From a virus (taxonomy: Duplodnaviria > Caudoviricetes): a stretch of DNA of 36,108 nt. The stretch spans positions 1 to 36,108 of IMG/VR virus record IMGVR_UViG_3300031519_000085; one strand, written 5' to 3'. Position numbers and translations under genes: made by a program. Of the stretch, positions 16,171 through 24,746 are shown one piece after another. A model generated the notes under the pieces. The model made no database searches, was not told the DNA's origin, and was given only the letters and a program-made list of their open reading frames with translations. Positions within the stretch are counted from its first letter, which is position 1, and every line of letters begins with the position of its first letter.

Positions 16171-16622
16171 GCTATTGCTCCCTGAAGAATCTGCAACACC
16201 TGAAGACGATTTTGACTATGACTACGACCTCGACGAACTCCTCGCAGAAGAAGCAGCCGACACTATCGACACGCTCAACAGAATCTATAACTTTCCCAGC
16301 GCCAGACAGCATTGATTCTCTTTTAGATCAATTGTCATTTGTCCAGGGACAGTTGAAAAGCCTCAACGACTTTAAGCAACAGCTGCTTGACCAGTTAGCT
16401 GAAGCTGATGAGAACGGACTGCTAGACGACTATCGCAACGTCAGTAATGACAAGCAGATCGTCTGGGAAGGCATGACCCTGACACAAGCCAGCAAGACAA
16501 CCAAGACTTTTGTTGACGACGTAAAGGAAGAGATCAAGCGGATCGAATACGAAGCTACACGGCTGGGTCACTTCACCAAAAAAACTACTGAATACTGGAC
16601 CTTAAGGCTCGGAGCACAATGA
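16167..16622 (+). CDS. hypothetical coiled-coil protein
   Basis: 151-aa ORF; true start may be the internal MTTTST. Confidence 0.6.
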   Translation: MSYCSLKNLQHLKTILTMTTTSTNSSQKKQPTLSTRSTESITFPAPDSIDSLLDQLSFVQGQLKSLNDFKQQLLDQLAEADENGLLDDYRNVSNDKQIVWEGMTLTQASKTTKTFVDDVKEEIKRIEYEATRLGHFTKKTTEYWTLRLGAQ

Positions 16623-17041
16623 CCAGGCCAGCAAAGCGCAGACTTTATTCTGCTCAGGCCATTGCTTGCCCTAAGTGCGGTCACGGTTACACCAAAGTTG
16701 TTTGCGGGCACCTTCACGGCGACAACCAAAAACTGCGTAGGCGTAAATGCCTCAACTGCGGTTACAGAATAAAAACCTTGCAAGACATACATCCCGAGAT
16801 AGGCAAAGAATTTGTCGTCCCTTTGCTAACGGCAGAAGAAAAACGGGATTTGCGCAGGGCTAACAAAAGGTTGACGACCCTAACGGTTCAGGACGTACTA
16901 GAGATTAAATACTTTCTTTCTAAGAACTCTTTCACTCAAGGCGATTTAGCCCTTCAGTACGGCGTGACTAAAGGAACGATCGCCACGATCAAACGTGGGC
17001 AATCATGGAAGGATGTCCCAACACCCACTGAGTATCCATGA
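16619..17041 (+). CDS. zinc-ribbon (NrdR-like) plus C-terminal HTH protein
   Basis: CPKCGH...RRRKCLNCGYR; TQGDLALQYGVTKGTIATIKRGQSWK. Confidence 0.75.
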   Translation: MTRPAKRRLYSAQAIACPKCGHGYTKVVCGHLHGDNQKLRRRKCLNCGYRIKTLQDIHPEIGKEFVVPLLTAEEKRDLRRANKRLTTLTVQDVLEIKYFLSKNSFTQGDLALQYGVTKGTIATIKRGQSWKDVPTPTEYP

Positions 17042-17526
17042 TTGAGGCCGATCCAAAAGGACAGCTAAAAACTATTAAGTTTCGTGTTTTTGGTTTACCG
17101 GGTCCACAAGGTTCCAAAACTTTCAAAGGCTATAAGAATGGGCGCGGCATCATGGTTGAGTCTTCGTTGAAAGTGAAGCCTTGGCGACAGGCAATCCAAG
17201 CCACTGCCGACGGCAACTACTCAGGGGAGCCGATCACTGGTCCGGTTCGAGTTGAAATTGATTTCTTTTTCGCTCGGCCCAAAAGTCATTACAGGACAGG
17301 CAAGTATTCAAATCTGCTAAAACTTGATGCCCCCAACTACACAATCAGCCATGGGGACGGTGATCTAGACAAACTTTTGAGGTCAACGATAGATGGGCTT
17401 TCCTTTTCTACTGGCGGAAAGATCATCCGTGATGACTGTTTGGTTGTAAGCATTTCCAGCAGCAAGCAATACGCAAATTTGATTACGCCTCCGGGCGCGG
17501 CAATCAAGGTAATCGAGCTTCCCTAA
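17038..17526 (+). CDS. rusA: RusA-like Holliday junction resolvase
   Basis: PGPQGSK, KPWR, GPVRVEIDFFFARPKSH, GDLDKLLRSTIDGL, IIRDDCLVV. Confidence 0.88.
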   Translation: MIEADPKGQLKTIKFRVFGLPGPQGSKTFKGYKNGRGIMVESSLKVKPWRQAIQATADGNYSGEPITGPVRVEIDFFFARPKSHYRTGKYSNLLKLDAPNYTISHGDGDLDKLLRSTIDGLSFSTGGKIIRDDCLVVSISSSKQYANLITPPGAAIKVIELP

Positions 17527-17528
17527 CT

Positions 17529-17544
17529 ATAATATGATATTATT
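17529..17544 (+). promoter_or_regulatory. early promoter/operator motif copy 5
   Basis: ATAATATGATATTATT in the rusA-erf gap. Confidence 0.7.
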
Positions 17545-17567
17545 GGGAGGTCCACCAGGAACCCGTT

Positions 17568-18380
17568 TTGGGAACACCAGAAACAGAGAGCCCGATCAAC
17601 TCGGGACATCAAGCCCCAGATCAGTGGATAGCAGGCGCAAAAGCAATGGCCGCTTTTCAGGCTGGCTATTCCGCTACTGGCCAGTCAGGCAAGAATCAGC
17701 ACCATGGCTCAAAAGCCATGACCCTGAAAGATGTAACCAGCGTTTGCCAGCACGGCGCTACGCATGGGCTTAGTCACAGCTTCACGCTTCGCCTCTCTCC
17801 GCTAGGAGAGAGCTACGCCATAGCTCGCGTCACCGTGTTTCACGAAAGTGGCGAGTCAATCTTTTCTGAGATTGGGTTTAGCACTGACTTTAAAGGTGCC
17901 AGATCTCAAGAACAAGCTCTTGGTTCAGCTAAGACGTATTACCACAAGTACATGCTTAGCGGTCTTTACGGGCTGGCTAATGACGACGATGACGACGGCG
18001 AAAGTGCCGTTAGGTCTCAGGCTGCACAAACCCCTAAGCCTGCGGCTAAGCCCGTTGCTGCTCCGAAACAGCAATCCGCGCCCGCTCCTGCTCCTTCACC
18101 TGCAAAGACCGAGGAAGCAATTCAAGCAGTAGTCGCTGCTCATGATCTAATCCAGCCGATCACTCCAGAGAAAGTCGCTGCTCATGATCTAAACCAGCCG
18201 ATCACTCCAGAGAACAAGGAAATGGCTCTAAGGATTATCAAAAATCCTGACGGCAAGGCAAAGGCTGCTTTCATGGCAAAGTTCTATCCGTCGAAGTCAA
18301 AGCTGATCGGCTCTGACATCAACACGATGGAGCACGCCGAGTTCTTGGGTCAGTTCGAAATTTCAGCAGCTCCTTTCTAA
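17568..18380 (+). CDS. erf: ERF-family ssDNA annealing protein
   Basis: TVFHESGE, QALGSAKTYYHKYMLSGLYGLANDDDDDGE; Pro/Ala linker. Confidence 0.8.
   Translation: MGTPETESPINSGHQAPDQWIAGAKAMAAFQAGYSATGQSGKNQHHGSKAMTLKDVTSVCQHGATHGLSHSFTLRLSPLGESYAIARVTVFHESGESIFSEIGFSTDFKGARSQEQALGSAKTYYHKYMLSGLYGLANDDDDDGESAVRSQAAQTPKPAAKPVAAPKQQSAPAPAPSPAKTEEAIQAVVAAHDLIQPITPEKVAAHDLNQPITPENKEMALRIIKNPDGKAKAAFMAKFYPSKSKLIGSDINTMEHAEFLGQFEISAAPF
18132..18214 (+). repeat. 42-bp in-frame tandem duplication in erf
   Basis: GTCGCTGCTCATGATCTAA[T/A]CCAGCCGATCACTCCAGAGAA twice. Confidence 0.9.
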
Positions 18381-18396
18381 AATCATTTTTTTTACT

Positions 18397-18702
18397 ATGA
18401 CTAATTCGTATCCAGCCGACAAGTTCACTCTTTTCTCCAACGTCAATCATTCCAAGATCGAAGGCAAAGAAAACGAAATGTGGGCGAAAGCTGAATGGCC
18501 TCTAGCTCAAATCATGGCGTTAGCTAATTGGGCTTCTACCGAAGCTGAGAAAGTCACTAATCAACGTGGCGAAGAATGTGTAGTTGTTCAGCAAAAGTAT
18601 TTGCCGAAGACTGCGAATAATTCTGGGAACGAGTACTATCTTGGGATCATCAGTGACCCAAAACCAAAGCGGCAACGTTTTGATGACAACGAAGTCCTCT
18701 GA
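18397..18702 (+). CDS. hypothetical protein, possibly SSB-like
   Basis: 101 aa after erf, beta-rich, acidic tail FDDNEVL. Confidence 0.55.
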   Translation: MTNSYPADKFTLFSNVNHSKIEGKENEMWAKAEWPLAQIMALANWASTEAEKVTNQRGEECVVVQQKYLPKTANNSGNEYYLGIISDPKPKRQRFDDNEVL

Positions 18703-18812
18703 CTTCAATGCACCTAGGGCATCAAGCGGGCCAGGGACGAAAGAACTGGCAGCCTAGAGGTGGGTGTTGACCGCTTCGTGTAAGTCCCCCACCACCAACC
18801 TAATTTGAGGAG

Positions 18813-18965
18813 ATGTCAGAACCAACCCTCAAGCGCGTGTCAAAGAATGGTAAATGGGTCTGGGAAGTCACTTACAACGGCATTGCTCGCTATCACGCTC
18901 AAGACTGGCAAGCACGTTGGATTTACGAGCAAGCGTTGATTCTTTATTCTAAGCAAGTCAATTGA
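18813..18965 (+). CDS. hypothetical protein (50 aa)
   Basis: GAGGAG RBS; MSEPTLKRVSKNGKWVWEVTYNG... Confidence 0.6.
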   Translation: MSEPTLKRVSKNGKWVWEVTYNGIARYHAQDWQARWIYEQALILYSKQVN

Positions 18966-19165
18966 GCGTCCATATCCGCAATGCGGGTGACGGCTTGGCT
19001 AAGCAGCTTTCGCTGATGCCAATTCTGCCTAACTAGGGCGGCGCATAAGCCTTGAACTTCTTCGATGTCATCAGTGTTGTAAATAGAGCGAACTGACCGC
19101 TCCATCATCAGCTCTTCATAGAGACTCTGTTCCGCAATCATCCATTTCTTGTCGTCCATTTTCAA
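18944..19165 (-). CDS. hypothetical coiled-coil protein
   Basis: 73-aa ORF at the convergence point. Confidence 0.6.
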   Translation of the reverse strand: MKMDDKKWMIAEQSLYEELMMERSVRSIYNTDDIEEVQGLCAALVRQNWHQRKLLSQAVTRIADMDAQLTCLE

Positions 19166-19201
19166 GCCCCGTGTGGCTTCTTGCCCTACAAGCTAAGGTC
19201 A

Positions 19202-19432
19202 TTAACCGTTGCCTTGCAACCTTGAAATCAGGCGATCCGGATACCAACTTGCCTTGCCAGCGTCTTGAAGGCAGTTGCCTTTATGCCACATCCTAAGCCG
19301 GTATTTCAACGCTTGGCCTTGCAAATAACCGCTTACTGCGTCGTCAGCCTTTTCCACTGAATCTTCAATGATTTCAATTGCTTCGATTCGGCCTTGGGTG
19401 TAATGATCCGGCGAGTTGATTAAGTCTGACAT
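19202..19432 (-). CDS. DUF3310 family protein
   Basis: INSPDHYTQGRIEAIEII...GQALKY.LR..HKG..LQDAGKA.WY. Confidence 0.8.
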   Translation of the reverse strand: MSDLINSPDHYTQGRIEAIEIIEDSVEKADDAVSGYLQGQALKYRLRMWHKGNCLQDAGKASWYPDRLISRLQGNG

Positions 19433-19953
19433 CAGCTAGCAATAGACGGCATGACCCGCAGATGGTTGTTGTAGTTGCCTGTCACCGCATAGCTGAGTGC
19501 TGGAACGTTGCTCATGCGATGGAAAACCATCTGACCAATTTTTAGGTTGGGATACAGGCTTAACCCGTGATAACGCCTTTCGTTCTTCAACTCAAGCGTC
19601 AGCTTGCTTCCGTGCCAACCTGGATCGCACCAGCCAGCTAAGGCATGATTCAGCCCCGACCTTGCACGGCTGGACTTCAAAACGAACTGAGCCGAAATAT
19701 CGTCAGGCAGATTAAACACCTCAATCGTTTCGGCTAGTGCAAACTCACTAGGCGCTAAATAGTAAGGGTCTTCTTCTGTTCGATCAGAAATGTCTATCGT
19801 AATTAGCGGTTTTCTATCAGAAACCTCGATCATCAGTTTTGTTCCTAAAAGAACATCTATGCTTGCGGGATTTAATAGCTCTGGAACGAAAGGCCAAACC
19901 ATCTGATGGCTATCGCACAAGGCACGGATTTCGTGATCGCACAGAACCGCCAT
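19432..19953 (-). CDS. dcd: dCTP deaminase
   Basis: MAVLCDHEI, LNPASIDV, LKSSRARSG, AGWCDPGWHG, LTLELKN, KIGQMVF; start set at ATG 19953. Confidence 0.9.
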   Translation of the reverse strand: MAVLCDHEIRALCDSHQMVWPFVPELLNPASIDVLLGTKLMIEVSDRKPLITIDISDRTEEDPYYLAPSEFALAETIEVFNLPDDISAQFVLKSSRARSGLNHALAGWCDPGWHGSKLTLELKNERRYHGLSLYPNLKIGQMVFHRMSNVPALSYAVTGNYNNHLRVMPSIAS

Positions 19954-20020
19954 ACAGGTCAGCAAAAAATGGTTGACAGTCCCAACATACCCTAGTGCTC
20001 GCTTTCCCTGTCCCGTTCTT

Positions 20021-21139
20021 TTATTTAACGTCGGCGAGAATTGCCCATCCTGTTCCAGGCCCTTCACATTCCCAGCGGCGCAGCCAACTCTTCCGGCCAT
20101 AGTGCACGTACTCGCCGCTTTTTTGACTGTTGCTTTTGTAGCCACCATTCAAAATGTCAGCTTGGCCGTTGGGATCCTGAAAGACAAAAGCGTCTGGCGT
20201 ATAACCAACGCAACAACTCCAATGCCCTCCTCCACTTGGATTTGAAACTAGCCCTTTATGCAACCAACCAACAGCAACTGGGCGATTATTGTCAATCTCT
20301 TCTTTTAGCATCTTTGCTGTGCCGTTAGTGATAAAGCGAGCTTTCAATCCGCATTCTTGCAGCGCATCAAGTTGCGCTTCCGCCGACGTAGTATCGCCAA
20401 AATCACTGCGGATAATGTTATAGACATCATCGCTGCTGACTTTGCCGTAATACTGCGCGATCATGGCACAGCTGCTTGAAAAGCATTCGCGATAACCTGC
20501 ACCAGATGCGTTGTCTAGCTGATACTGATGTGGGACATCTAAAACTTTTTCGCTTGAACCAGATGCTTCGTTTTCGTTCATTAAGCGGATTAGCTTTTCT
20601 GCATAGTTTGGGTCAGTAGCGTACCCTTCGCTTATTAAGTCGCGAGCACAATCTTCGCGGGTGGTTGCACTGTTGACGCCTCGATGGCTTTTAAAATTTT
20701 TATACCAGCGAGTCACTAAGTAATCGATGCAATCGCCAAGGCTTTCAAAATCAATAAAACTATATTTCATTGAGATGTATTTGCCGTTGATGTACTCCGT
20801 CGTTTTGACTTCTGTACCATCGCCTTTCAATCCGAACGCGTTCCACTTCCCAGAAAAATGCTTGCCCCAACCGGATTCAAGTGCCCATTGAGCTGCAACG
20901 CATTCAGGGAATTTAACTCCAGACTCTTTGGCTAGTCTCTTGACTCCGCTCCAGCTGTTGTCTGACTGTTTACCAGCTTGGCTCCATGTTGCAAACCACG
21001 GCCTGTCACGCTGCATTGCAGTTTTGTAACCATTATCAGCAAGGTCTTCCTCTAGCAGCGGAATACTTGCTGCCTGATGAGGCAAGCCTTTGTAATACCT
21101 GAAAAGCTGCTCAAGGGTGATCGATTTACTGTTCGTCAT
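20021..21139 (-). CDS. endolysin: glucosaminidase (GH73/FlgJ-like) plus C39-like peptidase
   Basis: AAQWALESGWG, NAFGLKG, GYATDPNYAEKL; ECFSSSCAM, GGGHWSCCVGY, QDPNG. Confidence 0.85.
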   Translation of the reverse strand: MTNSKSITLEQLFRYYKGLPHQAASIPLLEEDLADNGYKTAMQRDRPWFATWSQAGKQSDNSWSGVKRLAKESGVKFPECVAAQWALESGWGKHFSGKWNAFGLKGDGTEVKTTEYINGKYISMKYSFIDFESLGDCIDYLVTRWYKNFKSHRGVNSATTREDCARDLISEGYATDPNYAEKLIRLMNENEASGSSEKVLDVPHQYQLDNASGAGYRECFSSSCAMIAQYYGKVSSDDVYNIIRSDFGDTTSAEAQLDALQECGLKARFITNGTAKMLKEEIDNNRPVAVGWLHKGLVSNPSGGGHWSCCVGYTPDAFVFQDPNGQADILNGGYKSNSQKSGEYVHYGRKSWLRRWECEGPGTGWAILADVK

Positions 21140-21344
21140 TCCAGGGAGACTTGATGTGTAGGTCGTCGATTTGAGTTGGTGGTGGCATCGCTGGCGGCTG
21201 TGATTCATGCCAGCGTTCTACCTCAGCATCGATCCGAGGCTTAAGCGTTGCCTCGAACTTTCGACGTTGAATTTCGCGGTTGATACCGTCAAGCGGTGAT
21301 CGCGTCGAAAATCGAAACAACCACCTCCCGTCAGCAGGTGTCAA
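21126..21344 (-). CDS. hypothetical protein, possibly the -1 frameshift extension of the upstream holin-like gene
   Basis: TTG start overlapping the upstream stop; frame is reachable from A AAA AAG. Confidence 0.55.
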   Translation of the reverse strand: MTPADGRWLFRFSTRSPLDGINREIQRRKFEATLKPRIDAEVERWHESQPPAMPPPTQIDDLHIKSPWNDEQ

Positions 21345-21490
21345 CCCTTTTTTCCTTTTAATGCTCGCAGCGCATGAAAAATAACCTGGATCACACTGTT
21401 ATCGCGCATCGGGGATAAAGCAATAACTTCTGAAGCGGCAGCAATCACAATCCAAGTGATCGGTGACGCCAAGATTTCGTCGATGCCCAT
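21341..21490 (-). CDS. small holin-like membrane protein (49 aa)
   Basis: MGIDEILASPITWIVIAAASEVIALSPMRDNSVIQVIFHALRALKGKKG*; upstream of the endolysin. Confidence 0.65.
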   Translation of the reverse strand: MGIDEILASPITWIVIAAASEVIALSPMRDNSVIQVIFHALRALKGKKG

Positions 21491-21517
21491 TTGAATGCCT
21501 GTGATTCTTAGTCGATC

Positions 21518-21775
21518 CTAGCGCCCTTTGTTTTCCAGTACAGTAATTCGATTGCCGTGTTCGTTAAGCCTTGAATAAATTGTCTTTCGGTCTTCCTTCA
21601 TATCCTGGTGCAACTCCTCCAACTTCCCGGCGATCGATTCGACTGCTGCAGTGAGCCGGATGACTGCTTCGCGGGATTCTGTGTTGCGCCTGGCGGCACC
21701 TGAAAGGTTCATTATCGCCCCAGTGCCGCCGACACCTAGCAATGCGCCGAGAGCAGCTGCTATTAGATCGATCAC
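21518..21775 (-). CDS. membrane-anchored coiled-coil protein (lysis cassette)
   Basis: N-terminal TM, C-terminal RITVLE coiled coil. Confidence 0.7.
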   Translation of the reverse strand: MIDLIAAALGALLGVGGTGAIMNLSGAARRNTESREAVIRLTAAVESIAGKLEELHQDMKEDRKTIYSRLNEHGNRITVLENKGR

Positions 21776-21846
21776 GGGTGCATCAACGCCTTCTTATCCA
21801 GCATAGCCAAGCGTGAACCAGTAATTGTAGCCGTGCAGCTTTGGCT

Positions 21847-22860
21847 TTACTGGCATATGTAATTTAGAGTAAATCGTAAGCTCATGCCCTGCTGGAGAGC
21901 TGTTTCATCAGCGTTACTGGTTAATTTAGCGTCAGATATTGAATCTACATACAGATCAACATTACCATTTTGGTTATCAAACATTAGAAAGTAATTCTTT
22001 TCGGCGTACGCAACAGGACGCAAATTGGTAAAAATACCACCACTAAAATCAATAATAGAACTTGTTACGTCTTTAGGAGTGACTTCAGCGGGGATTCCCG
22101 TTAAAGTAACATTTCCGCTAGATCCATTCACCAATGCGCTGATCTCGATATTTCCGGTTATCAATACTAAATCACCAATCCGTCGATAATAACCATTAGA
22201 GCTAACACCTTGAGTTGTTCCGCCAATTGAAATGCCAGGAGTCCAAGTGCCTGCTGATGAGTTATCGACTTCAACGTCATTGCTAGCAGTGCCAAACTTT
22301 ATATTGTTTACACTTAAATTCCCGGCATAGTTCAAGCTACAAGTTTCACTGCCTTGCCATCTTGCGTTTAAGACAAGCAAAGATTCTGGGTTTTCAGACC
22401 CTGAAGTTGTAGCAGTAAACTGAGCGGAACCATAGCCAAGATTTCCAGATTGACTTTGAGAAAGTGCAACACCCCCCAATCCGCCAAACAGAGAAGTAGC
22501 AAATCTTCTAGCTATAAAGCTAGCCGTAGATTGTGCGCCGCCTCTTAACTCAAAATTTCCAGATGTTATGTAGCTTGTTCCATTAGGGTTTAGGAAAACA
22601 CCAGTGTTTTGGGATGATAGCAAACGAATACCAACATCTGCCACTCTGGGCCGAATTAGGCTGCCAGCCGAGTCACCTAGCAAAGCATCGTTAGACGGCT
22701 GATACACTACTGTCCACGGCGCAAAACTATTTGTTGCGTAAATTGGGTTGCAGTTATTTGAATGCAATAAGGGCGACAAGTACTCATTGCCTCGGCTATC
22801 GAAAACCTTTAGAAAAGGCTGATTTGCGTTTTCGACGATTGAAAACTGTGGAAGAGACAT
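21847..22860 (-). CDS. tail fibre-related protein
   Basis: GTWTPGI...GYYRRIGDLVLI...LTGIP fibre C-terminal motif. Confidence 0.7.
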   Translation of the reverse strand: MSLPQFSIVENANQPFLKVFDSRGNEYLSPLLHSNNCNPIYATNSFAPWTVVYQPSNDALLGDSAGSLIRPRVADVGIRLLSSQNTGVFLNPNGTSYITSGNFELRGGAQSTASFIARRFATSLFGGLGGVALSQSQSGNLGYGSAQFTATTSGSENPESLLVLNARWQGSETCSLNYAGNLSVNNIKFGTASNDVEVDNSSAGTWTPGISIGGTTQGVSSNGYYRRIGDLVLITGNIEISALVNGSSGNVTLTGIPAEVTPKDVTSSIIDFSGGIFTNLRPVAYAEKNYFLMFDNQNGNVDLYVDSISDAKLTSNADETALQQGMSLRFTLNYICQ

Positions 22861-22864
22861 GATC

Positions 22865-24682
22865 CTAGGAAGCGATGAGGGAAAGAATCACCCAAGGTGA
22901 TGGGCATTCAAATTGAAAAAAGTAATTAACGGAGTTTTCAGTTTTTGTGACTGTTACAGTATCTCTGCCAACACCAGTAAATCCCGCAGGTTTTGGCTTG
23001 AATCCACTAACAGCAGTGATCGTACCATTTACAGAATCTTTTGTAAGGCTTATTTTAACATTACCTGTTGACGTGTTAGGATAGTCCTGATTTATTACAT
23101 GCACCACGTAAGTGCTTGATCCAGCTTTGGCTCTAGCAACTACAGCTAAGTTGTAATTATTAGCATTATCTGTAATGCTTAACGGACTTTTTTGCCATCT
23201 AGGATCTTGCCTTGAATCTCTTGTTATGTAATTAACACCCTCGTAGCCTTCTAGCTGAGCATTGCAGGCTTTGGCAAATCCAGAGAAATTAGCAAATTCA
23301 GCAGCGGTAGCGTAAAGTCGCCCTGACTGCTTAAACAAGTAAACATCCCAAGGTAGTTGTAAGATTTGACCATTAGCATAGGCCAAGGCAAAAACTTTCT
23401 TGTAACCCTCCAAGCCGCCATCTGTATTAGTAACTTCGAGTATGTATTCAGACGAAATTACTTTTCTGGATCCAGCTTTTTGCCCATTAAGCTCTAACTG
23501 AGCCCACTGATCCTGTGACGATAAATAATCAAACGAGCTAACATCAAAAGCAACAGCTGTAGGAGCCATGTTTTTTGTGTATCCTCCTACGCCAGTTGAT
23601 GGCGCCAAAGTATTATCAGGCATGGCAATTCTCATTTCATCTAGGAATTTACCTTGTGATGAATACAAATTCAACGAAGACATGTCGTCAATAACCACAG
23701 CTTGAGCACCTGCGTCTATAGCGCCTTTAGCCCATAGATATGTTCTGTAAATAGCTGTTCCATTGTATGGGTTAATCGTCCAAAGTCCAAACTGCCATGG
23801 CTTGTAACCCCGTACAGGGTAAGCTGTTGCCGTATTGATAGCACCAGTTACAGGAATAGATGATGCTGCTACAAAATTCTCTCCATCAACAGAAACAGTC
23901 TTTAATGCGGTGTCAGGTGGTATCGTGCCTGGACCTAATGCTTGACCAATGTTTGCGTCTGATGAATTATTAGTAGCACTAAGGTAAACCCAGTCAATAC
24001 GATCTGCATGGAAATCACTGGCCGCAGTAAAAGCGGCTGACTGATCAACTAGCTGTGCAGTTACCGCAGATGCACTGCCGTTAAAGCCACTTGCTGTGGC
24101 GCCTGGGCTTCTAACGTAAAGATACCTCAAGGATAAATCAGACGCTTTAGGGCAAGTAGTCGCATAAGCAGGAACAGGTACTATCGAATCAAATGTGACA
24201 TTAGCAGTTACAGCATTGCCATCGTTCAATCTGCTTTTGGAGTCAATTATTCGTTGATCGCCAGAGATTTCTAGTATTCCATAATCATCAAATCTTCCAA
24301 CAACATCACTAGAGAAGGTGAAAGAACCATTACTAGCAATACTTACCGGTTTCCCTCCTGAGCTGGCGGTGGCATTGTCAAATATAGTTTTATTGTCAGT
24401 TGTCCCATCGGGTACGGCGCCAAAGTCTTCAACGCTTACAGTGTCCTTCAGCTTTGATTCAACGGTGCGCTTTACAGCACCAGTGCCAGCTTGTGTAAAG
24501 TTTACGCTAGCCGAATTTTCAGTTGTTTCCGCATTGGCGAATTTTTTGACATTACCGTTTGTGTCTTTAGTGTAAATCTCTGCGTCTGCTGCATTGATCG
24601 CGAGTTCGCCTACGTCTAGGTCACTTGCCACTGGTGGCGTCCCAGCAGTGGTGCCGTACTTGTGGATAACTTTGAGCGTCAT
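22865..24682 (-). CDS. tail spike/fibre with possible carbohydrate-active domain
   Basis: N-terminal GELAINAADAEIYTKD adaptor; FTQAGTGAVKRTVESKLKDTVSVEDFGA spike-neck motif. Confidence 0.7.
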   Translation of the reverse strand: MTLKVIHKYGTTAGTPPVASDLDVGELAINAADAEIYTKDTNGNVKKFANAETTENSASVNFTQAGTGAVKRTVESKLKDTVSVEDFGAVPDGTTDNKTIFDNATASSGGKPVSIASNGSFTFSSDVVGRFDDYGILEISGDQRIIDSKSRLNDGNAVTANVTFDSIVPVPAYATTCPKASDLSLRYLYVRSPGATASGFNGSASAVTAQLVDQSAAFTAASDFHADRIDWVYLSATNNSSDANIGQALGPGTIPPDTALKTVSVDGENFVAASSIPVTGAINTATAYPVRGYKPWQFGLWTINPYNGTAIYRTYLWAKGAIDAGAQAVVIDDMSSLNLYSSQGKFLDEMRIAMPDNTLAPSTGVGGYTKNMAPTAVAFDVSSFDYLSSQDQWAQLELNGQKAGSRKVISSEYILEVTNTDGGLEGYKKVFALAYANGQILQLPWDVYLFKQSGRLYATAAEFANFSGFAKACNAQLEGYEGVNYITRDSRQDPRWQKSPLSITDNANNYNLAVVARAKAGSSTYVVHVINQDYPNTSTGNVKISLTKDSVNGTITAVSGFKPKPAGFTGVGRDTVTVTKTENSVNYFFQFECPSPWVILSLIAS

Positions 24683-24746
24683 AGCAATCCAGCGCCGCTG
24701 ATCAGGGCTAGCCTTTTCATCAAGGCTAGCATCATGCCTTCAACCA

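Noticed and set aside
15959-16315. 118-aa acidic alternative-frame ORF
   Set aside because: Overlaps two coupled ORFs; its 3' part cannot be excluded, but there is no positive support.
18730-18790. Hammerhead ribozyme suggested by GGGACGAAA...GTCCC
   Set aside because: The CUGANGA core is absent.
19954-20148. N-terminal extension of dcd in the ORF track
   Set aside because: Overlaps the endolysin; family similarity starts at MAVLCDHEI (19953).
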